Below, one piece after another: positions 1 to 10,344 of a stretch of DNA of 33,932 bases. The number at the start of each line of letters is the position of its first letter. The stretch's first letter is position 1. The notes under the pieces are model-generated. The model saw only the letters and a program-made list of their open reading frames with translations. It searched no databases and was not told the DNA's origin. The position numbers and the translations under genes were made by a program. Source of the stretch: Octopus bimaculoides (Eukaryota); assembly GCF_001194135.2 (NCBI RefSeq), contig NC_068988.1, positions 1,405,874 to 1,439,805 of the forward strand, in the 5' to 3' direction.

Positions 1-239
1 GGCTCTTGTGCGGGTGGCACATAAAAGACACCATTTCGAGCGTGGCCGTTTTCGTGCGGGTGACACGTAAAAGCACCCACTACACTCTCTGAGTGGTTGG
101 CGTTAGGAAGGGCATCCAGCTGTAGAAACTCTGCCAAATTAGATTGGAGCTTGGTGTTGCCATCCGGTTTCACCAGTCCTCAGTCAAATCGTCCAACCCA
201 TGCTAGCATGGAAAGCGGACGTTAAACGATGATGATGAT
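1..239 (+). mobile_element. RTE-LINE 3'UTR-type retroposon fragment with (GAT)n tail; left end lies outside the window
   Basis: Ends in ccatgctagcatggaaagcggacgttaaacgatgatgatgat. The same body and tail recur at more than 10 places in the window, and at 27989-28545 they follow an RTE ORF2 C-terminus. CpGs are retained, so this is a young-looking copy. Confidence 0.85.
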
Positions 240-248
240 ATATACATG

Positions 249-368
249 ACAGGCTTCTTTTAGTTTCCCAGGGCCTATAGTAGAAGACACTTGCTCAAGA
301 TGCTACACAGTGGGACTGAACCTGGAACCATGTGGTTTGGAACTCCTTACCACACAGTCATGCCTGTG
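249..368 (-). mobile_element. tRNA-headed SINE (family A head), internally deleted
   Basis: Reverse complement matches the head at 7225/33044 (ggctgtgtggtaag...ggttcagtcccactg...cttgggcaagtgtcttct). Confidence 0.75.
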
Positions 369-862
369 CACTTGTTTGTGTTTTTCTAAATTATAATTTT
401 TTCTAGTCAAAATATTTGTTTTGAGTTTAAAATTCAGTCCAACCTGTTTTCTCACTCTCTAAAGAATTCTGGATATTTATTAGTTCATGCTAGGCATCAT
501 AGAATTTCACTACAAATAATATTGATTGCTTTGATTTCCAAAGAAAGCATTTAATCCTATTTCTGTCTGTATCTATCAGTCTGTTTGGTATTATTTGTGG
601 TTCATCATTAACCAAAACAAAAACAAACAAAAAGCAAACGAAAAAAAAAGCAAGAAACAAAGGCAAGAAATATTCATTTATTAATCTCTCTTTCTAGATT
701 TTTATGAGTGATTGCGTTTGAATTATAAGAAGAAGATAATAACAGACCCGAGGTTTATTTGTTTAGAACTGTAAACAGCATAAATGAAAATGAGGAGCTG
801 AGAGGCAGAATTCGGTGTGACCAGTGGCACATATTTGAGCTACAAAGAAAATTCAACAGCAG

Positions 863-1050
863 CATCATCATCATCATCAAAATTTAACATCCATGTTCCG
901 TACTGACATGGATTGGATGCCTTGCCAGGATCCAGCTGGTCCAAGGGCTGCATCATATTCCAGTGTCTACTTTAGCATGGTTTCTCTGGTTGGATGTCCT
1001 TCCTAACACCAACCACTTTACAGAGAGTACTCAGGGCTATTTTCATGCCA
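863..1050 (-). mobile_element. Diverged RTE 3'UTR-type fragment with (CAT)n tail
   Basis: catcatcatc...tttaacatcc...ggttggatgtccttcctaacaccaaccactttacag is the reverse of the 1-239 body. Confidence 0.75.
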
Positions 1051-1452
1051 CCCACACTGTGAACGTTGAGGGAATGGCTTTACACTAGGAGATGAGGGTT
1101 TAAAGCCCCATTAAAGTGCTCCCTTGGATGTTATGCACTGAGTTTTCTTCGGTACAATTTGAACCCAGAGCTGGAACTAATGCCACGAGTCAGTTTTTCT
1201 TACACTGAAGATTCTGTCAATTTGCTGCCAAACAATTTTCAATTCTGACCTTTTTTTATGTGTTTCTAACTTGCTTTTACAAATTTGTTGCTTACAATAG
1301 TTCTGACGCCATTAACTGTTGACCGAACATCTTTAGATTGTTAAGGAGGTACTCGAGAAGGTCTCATTTCTAAAATTCTTGATAGGAATCTCTTATCTGC
1401 TGATCTTTCTCTTAGTAATTTGTGAAATAACTTTGGTTCTTTGATTCTCTAG

Positions 1453-1489
1453 GGAATAGTCTCCAACTGCGTGATGACTTTACATTGTG
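1453..1489 (+). other. Candidate small exon (37 nt), unverified
   Basis: ttgattctctag|GGAATAG...ACATTGTG|gtatgg; one open frame reads NSLQLRDDFTL. Splice signals only, no recognised homology. Confidence 0.15.
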
Positions 1490-1676
1490 GTATGGCATTT
1501 TAAAGAATTAGCTACAAATTGTTTGATAACAAATTATGAGGCTAGATTTCAATTCTAGATTTTTCTACATAATACTTGAGAAGGTTTTGTGGTAACAGTG
1601 ATTTTATTGGGTGATGACATGATTTTTCGTGTGAATGTGGGTGTCTGCAATATTTTTTTTCTTTTTCTTTTCCTAT

Positions 1677-1882
1677 CCCTTTAGAATTCAGATTTTCTGT
1701 CAGATGAAATGCTTATTTATTCACATTGCTTTGGATTAATTTTTTATCTTCAAGATTTTAATGATGTGATGGTTTATTTTTAGAATAACATTGCAGGTAG
1801 GTGTGAGAGGCCAAATCTGGACAGATTGAACATAAAATGTACAATATTTGGGTGGGATTAGGCTGGTTTAAATGCTAAAGGG
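1677..1882. mobile_element. MITE with ccctttag(c/a)att...aatgctaaaggg TIRs (piggyBac-like)
   Basis: Left end ccctttagaatt, right end aatgctaaaggg followed by ttac. Internal sequence is homologous to the copy at 32695-32861, whose right end is flanked by TTAA. Confidence 0.7.
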
Positions 1883-1894
1883 TTACTATAATCT

Positions 1895-2095
1895 TGTTGT
1901 TTAGCCAAGGTAAATGCTAATTGAAGTGAATGATAATTGAAGACATTCTATCCATGACCACCCCATATCTTTACACAATTTATCTTAAACTACATTATCT
2001 AACATGTCCTTCCTGTATCTTGAAGGTCGTAAGTTTGATTTGAAAACGATTTACCTGCTCTTTACTGTAAGTCAAGTAACAATGTAGAGTGTTTC
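1895..2095. repeat. Unclassified interspersed repeat (family F)
   Basis: gacattctatccatgaccacc...ctacattatctaacatgtcc is similar to 6605-6790, 26207-26370 and 32866-32940. Confidence 0.5.
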
Positions 2096-2306
2096 CTGCT
2101 AATTTCCCAGCATTGATCTAGTTTAACTTTATGGTAAAATTTATCTGTTTATGACATCTTGTTAGAAAAAGGAGATGCCATGGTCATGAATATATTCTCT
2201 TAGACACATCACTATGACATTTTTTTTAATAATAGAACTGAATATATGAACACACACACATTCTTATGATCATGATGCTGACACTGCTGACCACTAAGCC
2301 ACGCGC

Positions 2307-2319
2307 CTCTCTCTCTCTC

Positions 2320-2358
<39 letters not shown>
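2307..2358. repeat. Compound microsatellite (CT)n(AT)n(GT)n
   Basis: Directly visible. Confidence 0.95.
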
Positions 2359-2431
2359 AAAACATATAAATAGTCAAAGAGAAATACCTTCATTTCACAT
2401 AGTTTAATATCTTTTTATAAAAACATTTATA

Positions 2432-2726
2432 NNNNNNNNNNNNNNNNNNNNNNNNNNNNNNNNNNNNNNNNNNNNNNNNNNNNNNNNNNNNNNNNNNNNN
2501 NNNNNNNNNNNNNNNNNNNNNNNNNNNNNNNNNNNNNNNNNNNNNNNNNNNNNNNNNNNNNNNNNNNNNNNNNNNNNNNNNNNNNNNNNNNNNNNNNNNN
2601 NNNNNNNNNNNNNNNNNNNNNNNNNNNNNNNNNNNNNNNNNNNNNNNNNNNNNNNNNNNNNNNNNNNNNNNNNNNNNNNNNNNNNNNNNNNNNNNNNNNN
2701 NNNNNNNNNNNNNNNNNNNNNNNNNN
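2432..2726. other. Assembly gap (N)
   Basis: Run of N. Confidence 1.
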
Positions 2727-2767
2727 CATTCATTCAGCTTGTCATTATTCAATCTGTCTCCTCCCCA

Positions 2768-2850
2768 CTCTGCCTCCCCTTTCTCTCTCTGCCTCCCCCT
2801 TTCTCTCTCTGCCTCCCCCTTTCTCTCTCTGCCTCCCCTTTCTCTCTCTC
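2768..2850. repeat. ~20-bp pyrimidine minisatellite (ctctgcctccccctttctct) x~4
   Basis: Directly visible tandem units. Confidence 0.9.
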
Positions 2851-3499
2851 TGTCTCTGAGTTTCTCTTATTTCTAATGTAAATTTTGCATGCAATATTTT
2901 GACGAGGAACCACAATCAATAGAAAATCTCCAAATAAAATAAATGTCGCATATCTAACGTCGCAATTAGAATCTGAAGCATAGATTCTGCTTCACCCAGT
3001 TGATTGCAAAGTAATAATTTTCCTCTGCATGAAAATGGTTAGCGGTAGGAAGGTGAGACATTACACATGCTCTGAATCATAAAACATTGCTGCACTCATA
3101 ATGTCACTAGCACTAGAATGCTGTCTGAAAGTGCAGTGTAGATTTGAAATGCTGCCAGGTTTGGTAAACCAGGCTTGTTTAAACATTGCCTCTATCAAAG
3201 TACAACCATTTGAAATAAGATGGTGGGGAGGAAAACACCTTTGGCAATTTTCTGCATCGTCATCCTTTTAATGGCCAATTTTCTATGTTTGCATCGGCCA
3301 GACAGAATTCGTTGACATATTTTCTATGGCCACATGCACTTCTTATAGCCCCAAATTGCTTTCTCCCCAAAAAAGTAATATTTTTCAATGACCAGACATG
3401 TTTTTATAGGAGATGAAAAGGAAGGAAACTGACTTGTTTGACAGGGAAACTCATTTACAATTATCGTGAGATGTCAAGACAAGGAAACACCAACTCACT

Positions 3500-3532
<33 letters not shown>

Positions 3533-4138
3533 CTGTGTGGTAAGAAGCTTGCTTCCCAAAACTGGAACATGAGACGCTGTGATATTTTTGCTGCTTTTAA
3601 TAAAGTATATATATATATATATATTTATAGAGGGAGAATTCACAAAAAAACCCCCAAAAGACGAAGACAGGTGATGTAGACAACAAACAGATGTATTAGT
3701 ATAACGCTCGGGAGAAAGAAACAAGGAGACAAAATAAAGAATGTGTAGTGGCTAGCGAGCTATCATGGTGAATGCCGGACAGATATATATATAATGGAAA
3801 GTAGTTTAATGAAGGCATGAAACCCAAACTTTCAACCATGAAAAATAAATAATAGAAAATTGTTGGTTGCAGACAGTTTCCTTTGCAAGCCATATCAGGG
3901 ATGGATCCATGCATGAAACTGACTTATTGCCAATATAATATATTACTACGACAGAGAAGAAGCCTTTCAACAAACAAACAAACCTAGATTTGTGTCTATC
4001 TTAATATTCCGTCCACATAGAAGAGCAGGAAAGGGGAGAGAATTACTTTCGCTTTTCTATTACAACATTACAAGAGAAGACTGGATTCTAAAGTCATCAG
4101 AATCAAACAAATTTATATATCATAGTTGATAAGGAATG

Positions 4139-4177
4139 TATGTGTGTGTGCACCAGAGTTGATAAGGAATGTGCATA

Positions 4178-4216
<39 letters not shown>

Positions 4217-4360
4217 TATAGTTAAGTGTATTTGTGTGCATGTATATATATTTGATATATATATATATATATATATTTATTTATTTATTTATTTATTATT
4301 GTTGATAAGAAATGTGTGTGTGTATATTATTAAGAAATGTGTGTGTGTATGTATGTATCT
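4139..4360. repeat. Compound (TG)n/(TA)n/(ATTT)n low-complexity tract
   Basis: Directly visible. Confidence 0.9.
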
Positions 4361-4599
4361 AAATAGATAAATAATGTAATATATAGTCTTTTTAAGATAA
4401 CAAATGTAGAACTTTGGTCAATGCTTTAGCATTTAAATCACATTCATTGCTGCTCTTGTGAGTTTTTTAGTTGCTTGAAATGGTTGGCATTTCTTGCTGG
4501 AGAGATTTTCTTAACTTTCTTGCAGAAAAGCACATTCCATCACCATGACCACCACCACCAACAGCAACAACTCTGTATTCTACGAGGAGTGAGTGACAT

Positions 4600-4631
<32 letters not shown>

Positions 4632-5354
4632 AAGAAGCTACTAACATACTATGGGCATGGAACGTGACACAAGTGTATCCAAAGAATCGTTTTCCATCCA
4701 ATGCAACGAGATTTAGATTTTAGTTCCTGAAAAATAGCAAAATGTTATTTATTTCTGTTCCGGTTTTTTTTCTTCTCTTTATATTGGTATGATTTTGTTG
4801 AAATATAATTAAAGTTGCTGATGGTGGTGGTGGAATAATGGTAATCATGCCAATTTGAGCAGACCTCTAGTATGATGGTAGCTGATTATAACAAAACATT
4901 CAAGTGGTTTTAGCAATCTTTACCATTCTGTCCTTATTATAAAATGGTTTGTCTTAAGATAGAATGTTGCAGTTTAAAGTTGGCCGGAAGTTTGCAGAGA
5001 GAAATTTGGCTGTCATAACAAACCAAATCAATAATTCCATGGAAGCACCTATTTTATGAATGATGCCAGTTTGTTTTGAAACAAATTGCTTCTCATCGAA
5101 AGTAAACAATATTTTCGGCACCACAAACGTCTGTACACACACATCACTCTCAGAGACTACAAAACAAAAAAATTACAGCTCACTTTATTCAAACATGCAA
5201 GAAATGCTTCTTTGTAGACTTGTATCTACATCCTTGCGAACATCTTTTCAATATATTGTCTTGAATAAGGTCGAACACATACAGGCACACAACCATGATA
5301 TCTTAGAAAATTAACTCTTAAAACATTAACACTGCTGCTTATGGTGGTTGTATA

Positions 5355-5425
5355 TTGTTATTGCTGTCATTTAACGTCCATTTTTCCATGCTGGCATGGG
5401 TTGGATGGTTGGACTGGATGTGGCA
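5355..5425 (-). mobile_element. Short RTE 3'-tail fragment
   Basis: tttaacgtccatttttccatgctggcatgggttgga is the reverse of the family tail. Confidence 0.75.
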
Positions 5426-5439
5426 GGAGCATCTGTCTG

Positions 5440-5630
5440 GGTGCTGGTGCCATGTACAAAGCACCCAGTACGCTCTGTGGATTGGTTGGTGCTAGGAAGG
5501 GTATCCAGCCATAGCAACCTTACCAAAACAGACAATGGAACCTGGTGTGGCCCCCCTGGCCTCAGCAGTTCTTGTCAAGCTGTCCAATCCATGCCAGCAT
5601 GAAAAATGGACATTAGATGATGGTGATGAG
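5440..5630 (+). mobile_element. RTE 3'UTR-type fragment
   Basis: aaagcaccc...aggaagggtatccagc...ccatgccagcatgaaaaatggacattagatgatggtgat. Confidence 0.75.
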
Positions 5631-6072
5631 CTGTAGTGCTGTGTTAAGCTTCGGTGTCAGCTTTTAGCATGGTTTCTATATGACCAGATGCCCTTCTTAA
5701 TACCAACCACTTCACAGTGTGTATTGAGTGCATCTTTTTGTGTATTGAGTGCATCTTACCAAGTAGCTTGCAACACAGAGAGAAGACCATCCCAAATATG
5801 TAATAGCAGCAGCAGCAGCTGTACAGTAAATTCTATATAACTCAGTTCACTTGTCAAGGATAGATACCAAATCACCTGGAAGTGGTACCTTACATAGGCT
5901 ACTCTCCTGTCCCACTGTGAAATATGTCTGTTACTAAATTGAGTTTAGCATCCATCCTCATAAGTACCTCCAAGATTTATTATTTAGTTACAAACTTTAT
6001 TATTGTTCTATATTTAAGAGATGAGGAATTATTTACATTTGACGGATATTTGTCCTCATCTTGTTTGTTGTT

Positions 6073-6115
6073 AACACGTTTCAGCTGATATACCCTCCAG
6101 CCTTCATCAGGTGTC
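6073..6115 (-). ncRNA. Degenerate minimal type-I hammerhead ribozyme-like motif (Penelope-like element remnant)
   Basis: Minus strand reads GACAC-CUGAUGA-A-GGCUG-gagggUAUAU-CAGCU-GAAA-C-GUGUU: catalytic boxes, stem II and stem I (GACAC/GUGUU) are present, but stem III and the NUH triplet are missing. Confidence 0.55.
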
Positions 6116-6375
6116 TTGGGGAAATTTCGAACCTGGGTTCCTAAGGTATTTTTCAATGCTATTATTATTATTATTATTATTGTTGTTGTTGCTATTGTTG
6201 AGGTTCCACATTTTACTAATTTCTATTTCAAGATCTTTATACTTGTTCAGTTTTTAGTAGGTCTTGATAGATACATTTATATCGATTGGGACAGTCATAT
6301 CAATGAGGAGGCATGATTTTTGTCTAAAGCCTTTCAATATAATGTCTCACCTATTCACATCTATCTTTCTGTCAG

Positions 6376-6399
6376 TTTGAATGGTGAAGTTCCAGAGGA
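6376..6399 (+). other. Candidate 24-nt micro-exon, unverified
   Basis: tctatctttctgtcag|TTTGAATGGTGAAGTTCCAGAGGA|gtgaga; only one frame is open (LNGEVPE). Confidence 0.2.
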
Positions 6400-6421
6400 G
6401 TGAGATGAGATCATTTTCAAT

Positions 6422-6425
6422 ATTA

Positions 6426-6463
<38 letters not shown>

Positions 6464-6475
6464 ATTATTATTAAG
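6422..6475. repeat. (ATT)n microsatellite
   Basis: Directly visible. Confidence 0.95.
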
Positions 6476-6957
6476 TTTATTGTGAGTTGATAATGAAAAT
6501 ATTTAAATTTACTGACCTCCCCACATTCCCATTTTCTCCATTGAGCAAAAATAATAATAAAGATAAATCTCCTTTTATACTCTTTATTATTATTTAAATG
6601 CAACTCAGGTTTAATTGGACAGATATTATTATTGAAGACATTCTAACAGTGACCATCCTGTCTTAATGGGTTTAGTTTTTCTACATGATGCAGTATATCC
6701 TTTTTTTACGACGTTTGAGGATATTTTCAGAGAGATTTGACTGCTATTTCCAGCAGAGTACGTGACCACATAAAGGTTCTCTTGTTGCTTTATCTATGTT
6801 CTGTCTGTCTGTGTGTGTGTTTTATGTTGTACTTATTGATTTAGGTTGAACTTCATTGTTTTATCTGCATTGTGTTGTGCTCACATATCTGGGACACTGC
6901 AGCTGCTGGACGCATACATCGTAGGCCCTCATCATCAGCACCCCCTCTCCCCCCAAA

Positions 6958-7100
6958 CCACCACCATCTTTTAATACCTATCATCCATGCTGGCATAGGT
7001 TGGACGGTTTGACTGGACTCAGTGGTGTCCACGGATTGTGTCATGCTCCCGTGTTTGCTTTGACATAGTTTCTGTGGCTGGATTCCCTTCCTGATGAATG
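6958..7100 (-). mobile_element. RTE 3'UTR-type fragment
   Basis: tccatgctggcataggttggacggtttgac...ctggattcccttcctgatg. Confidence 0.7.
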
Positions 7101-7224
7101 CCTGGTCTTCACCATGTCCAGAAAATGCTGTATGAAGGATTGGCAAAACCCTTCACCCCACAACACAGTACAACTGCTTACTCACACATATCTGCTGATT
7201 CCCCTACTTCAATGGTTTCTGCCC

Positions 7225-7383
7225 AGTGGCTGTGTGGTAAGTAGCTTGATTACCAACCACATGGTTCCGGGTTCAGTCCCACTGTGTGGCACCTTGGGCA
7301 AGTGTCTTCTATTAGAGCCTCGGGCCGACCAAAGCCTTGTGAGTGGATTTGGTAGATGGAAACTGAAAGAAGCCCGTTGTATG

Positions 7384-7452
<69 letters not shown>

Positions 7453-7660
7453 ATATGCTTGTGTGTCTGTGTTTGTCCCCCCAACATCGCTTGACAACCA
7501 ATGCTGATGTGTTTACATCCCCGTCACTTAGCTGTTCAGCAAGAGAGACCGATAGAATAAGTACTAGACTTACAAAGAATATGTCCTGGGGTCGATTTGC
7601 TTGACTAAAGGTGGTGCTCCAGCATGGCCGCAGTCAAATGATTGAAACAGGTAAAAGAAT
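7225..7660 (+). mobile_element. Composite tRNA-headed SINE: head + (TA/TG)n + 3' body
   Basis: A-box-like tggctgtgtggtaa, B-box-like ggttcagtccc, central cttgggcaagtgtcttct, a long (TG)n, then a body ending gctccagcatggcc...gaaacaggtaaaagaat. Same architecture at 33044-33478 and, reversed, at 13096-13357. Confidence 0.85.
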
Positions 7661-8434
7661 CTCCTCCCCCCTAACCCACTAAACACACTTGTCTTTCTCC
7701 TCTCATCATTTCTATTCTGTCTCCTCTCATCACTGAACAGCAAGATGATACCTGTGCTCGTCCGATCATCCTCAACACCTGACATAAACCACTTTCCCTC
7801 CCCTAAATACTCCCCACCCAGCAACTTAGTTATGGAGGGCTTTTTCCTTATTCCTTTTCTGTCTTGCAAATTTAATTGGTAACCTTTGCTAGTGCCACTG
7901 TCATGAAAACAGGCACCCAAGACCCTCTTTAAAGTGGTTGATGTTAGGAAGAGCATCTCGCTGGAAGGCACTGCATCCCATTACAAACCATTGCTGTGAC
8001 CTTCATTTTACTCAATGAATTCCTCTCAGAACTGTAAAATTCTGAAGTTCTCTCTCTGACCATTTCTTTCCTATGAGCGCCATCTGTCATTCTCCCCTTA
8101 TGCTCTTAGGAAACGACCTACCCTCTCCTTCTGTCACTTCCATTCTACTTTCTGTATCCTCTCTTACGGTCACCTTCTTGTACCATGAGGGTTTGCTCTG
8201 GCACCCCATCACTACTATCTTTGTCTTCTTCCCACCCGTTTTCACGCACCCTTATCAAATATATGGTTATCATGTATCTCTATAGAAAGACACCTGTGTT
8301 TGTCTTTCTACTTTAAATTAACCTCTCAACACCTGATATAAAGCCAACCCCTTCTCGGGGCTGACAGAACTTTTTTCTTTTTCCTTTCCCAGTTTTTTTT
8401 CCATCTTGTAAGTTGCTTGGTGACCCTTCCCACA

Positions 8435-8626
8435 AATACCAGTGGCACAAAAGAGGCACTCGGTACTCTTTGTAAAGTGGTGGCCATTAGGAAGTGTATC
8501 TGACCACAGAAACCATGCCAAAGCAGACATTGGAGCTCAACAGAGCCCTGCAGGTCTCTTGGTTTTTATCAAACCATCCAACCCAAGCCAGCATTGAAAA
8601 TGGACACTAAATGATGGTGGTGATGA
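8435..8626 (+). mobile_element. Diverged RTE 3'UTR-type fragment
   Basis: gaaaccatgccaaagcagac...gcattgaaaatggacactaaatgatggtggtgatga. Confidence 0.7.
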
Positions 8627-8790
8627 CACGCCATCTTGCAGAAGTTTAAACTATACATTTAGCCACATCAACCTCCACATCTCTTGTGGGAAATGGAGAT
8701 GTCAACAGTGATACTTCCTCAACCTAAAGAAAGAAGAATTTGTAAAATTTTCTTTTCCTTTGTTTCAACCATTTTTTTAAAAAAACATTC

Positions 8791-8963
8791 TGTGCCACAA
8801 AAAAATCACCCAGTCCACACTCTGTCAAGTGGTTGGCATTAGGAATGGCACCCAACTGTAGAAACCATGCCAAAGTAGACAATTGGAGCCTGGTACAGCT
8901 CTCCAGTCTTGCCAGCTCCTGTCAAACTGTCCAACCCATGCCAGCATGGAAAACGGACGTTAA

Positions 8964-8991
<28 letters not shown>
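8791..8991 (+). mobile_element. RTE 3'UTR-type fragment with long (GAT)n tail
   Basis: ccatgccagcatggaaaacggacgttaaa(tga)n. Confidence 0.85.
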
Positions 8992-8996
<5 letters not shown>

Positions 8997-9537
8997 CTAA
9001 ATTTCCACTCTGCAAAATAACTGTTCGATATTTGACTGACATCTTCTTAGTCTTGTCTTTTTGTTGATGCAAAGAAGAAGCTGTTGAAAGTTCAAAGTTG
9101 AGCCACCATTGTGATGTGATGTGAACGATGAGAATAAAAATAGATCTCTCTTCTCTCTTCTCTCATTGATGAAGTCATATTGGCTTCTCGTCGACTTCAT
9201 CCCACTTTTACTTTGATTATCTTTGCAATTTATAATTATTGTTCTCAACGATACACATATTTGTCTGTTTATTGATCTTTTCCACAGAAATGGATGAAAT
9301 GCATTATTTTCAAGAGATAATATTAGTTTGCTTTTTAATCTCAATAAAGTAATAGCTCCTACCTACCTACCTACTTACCTACACACACCCACACACATGA
9401 TACAGATATATTTACTTAATCATGAAAGTGTGTGTGTGTGTGTGTGTTTCTGTGTGTGTGTGTGTGTGTGTCTATAGTCTCTAAAGTATGGCCGTACATC
9501 TTGTTATCTCAGCCACCTTACACATCTTTCTACTTAT

Positions 9538-9540
<3 letters not shown>

Positions 9541-9585
<45 letters not shown>
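9541..9585. repeat. (CA)n microsatellite
   Basis: Directly visible. Confidence 0.95.
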
Positions 9586-9591
<6 letters not shown>

Positions 9592-9839
9592 CACAGATTT
9601 ATGTTGATTTTACAGACGGAATATTTGACCAACATAATAATAATAATAATAATAAAGCCACAGCATCGCTTGATAATACACTTCCTTTCACAGTTCTCTT
9701 TCACTCTATAACTCTCTCTCTCTTTCTCTCTCTCTCTAACTGCATAAGGGTGGTGGGTATGTATGTGCATGGGGACGAGGTGTATTTATGTATATTAAAC
9801 ATGGACAACAATATCTGTGTGTGTGAATATGTGTACTTC

Positions 9840-10170
9840 ACCACCACCACCATCATCATCATTATCACTTAATGCCCATGATGCATGATGGCATGGTTTA
9901 GACAGTTTGACAGGCTCTAATGGGCCCAAGGCCTGCATTGTGCCCCAGCGTCTACTTTGCCACAGTTTCTATGGCTGGAGGCCCTTCCTAACCCCAGTCA
10001 TTTTACAGACTGCCCTGGGTGCTTTTAATGAGGCCCCAGCACTTGTTAGGTTGCCATGCAGTTTGCAAGACTAAGAATCCCAAGAGAGGGATCTTTATGC
10101 CAGGAAATGAAGGGGACGTAACGCACCAACACTGGTTGTCAAGCGGTGATGGCACACGCATGCACACAAA
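9840..10170 (-). mobile_element. Diverged RTE 3'UTR-type fragment(s)
   Basis: (cat/cac)n tail then gcccttcctaacc...; similar to other reverse copies. Confidence 0.6.
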
Positions 10171-10171
10171 A

Positions 10172-10320
10172 CAGGCTTCTTCTAGTTTCCGCCTGCCAAA
10201 TCCACTTTCAAAGCTTTGGTTGACCTAAGGCTACAGTAGAAGACACTTGCCCAAAGTGCCATACAGTGGGACTGTGCTCAGAACCATGTGCTTGGAAAGC
10301 AAGCTTCTTGCCACACCTGC
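10172..10320 (-). mobile_element. tRNA-headed SINE (family A head)
   Basis: agaagacacttgcccaaagtgcc...gtgggactg...gaaccatgtg is the reverse of the head. Confidence 0.8.
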
Positions 10321-10344
10321 ATTTCTGTGTGTGGGTGTGTATAT

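Noticed and set aside
712-885. Open frame EEDNNRPEVYLFRTVNSINENEELRGRIRCDQWHIFELQRKF
   Set aside because: No in-frame acceptor or start, it ends in a (CAT)n retroposon tail, and there is no recognised homology.
2390-2752. Long ORFs spanning N gaps (also 16277-17156, 20251-21110, 31868-32226)
   Set aside because: Open only because N translates to X; they are assembly-gap artefacts.
3630-3785. Segment that I recall as a Penelope-like Octopus repeat
   Set aside because: Single copy in the window and no hammerhead core is visible here, so it cannot be supported from the sequence.
5718-5757. Tandem duplication tgtgtattgagtgcatct x2
   Set aside because: A local slippage event inside a decayed retroposon copy, with no sign of function.
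7225-7300. tRNA-like A/B boxes considered as tRNA genes (also 11785 and 31375-)
   Set aside because: No complete cloverleaf; each is embedded in a multi-copy SINE body.
7114-7604. ORFs with HTHT/CVCV/YIYI/ERER runs (also 4140, 9534, 12750, 13131, 25194, 26697-27316)
   Set aside because: Translations of dinucleotide microsatellites and SINE sequence.
7960-8290. Pyrimidine-rich, possibly decayed transposon or coding stretch; also 20930-21420
   Set aside because: All frames are interrupted and I recognise no protein motif.
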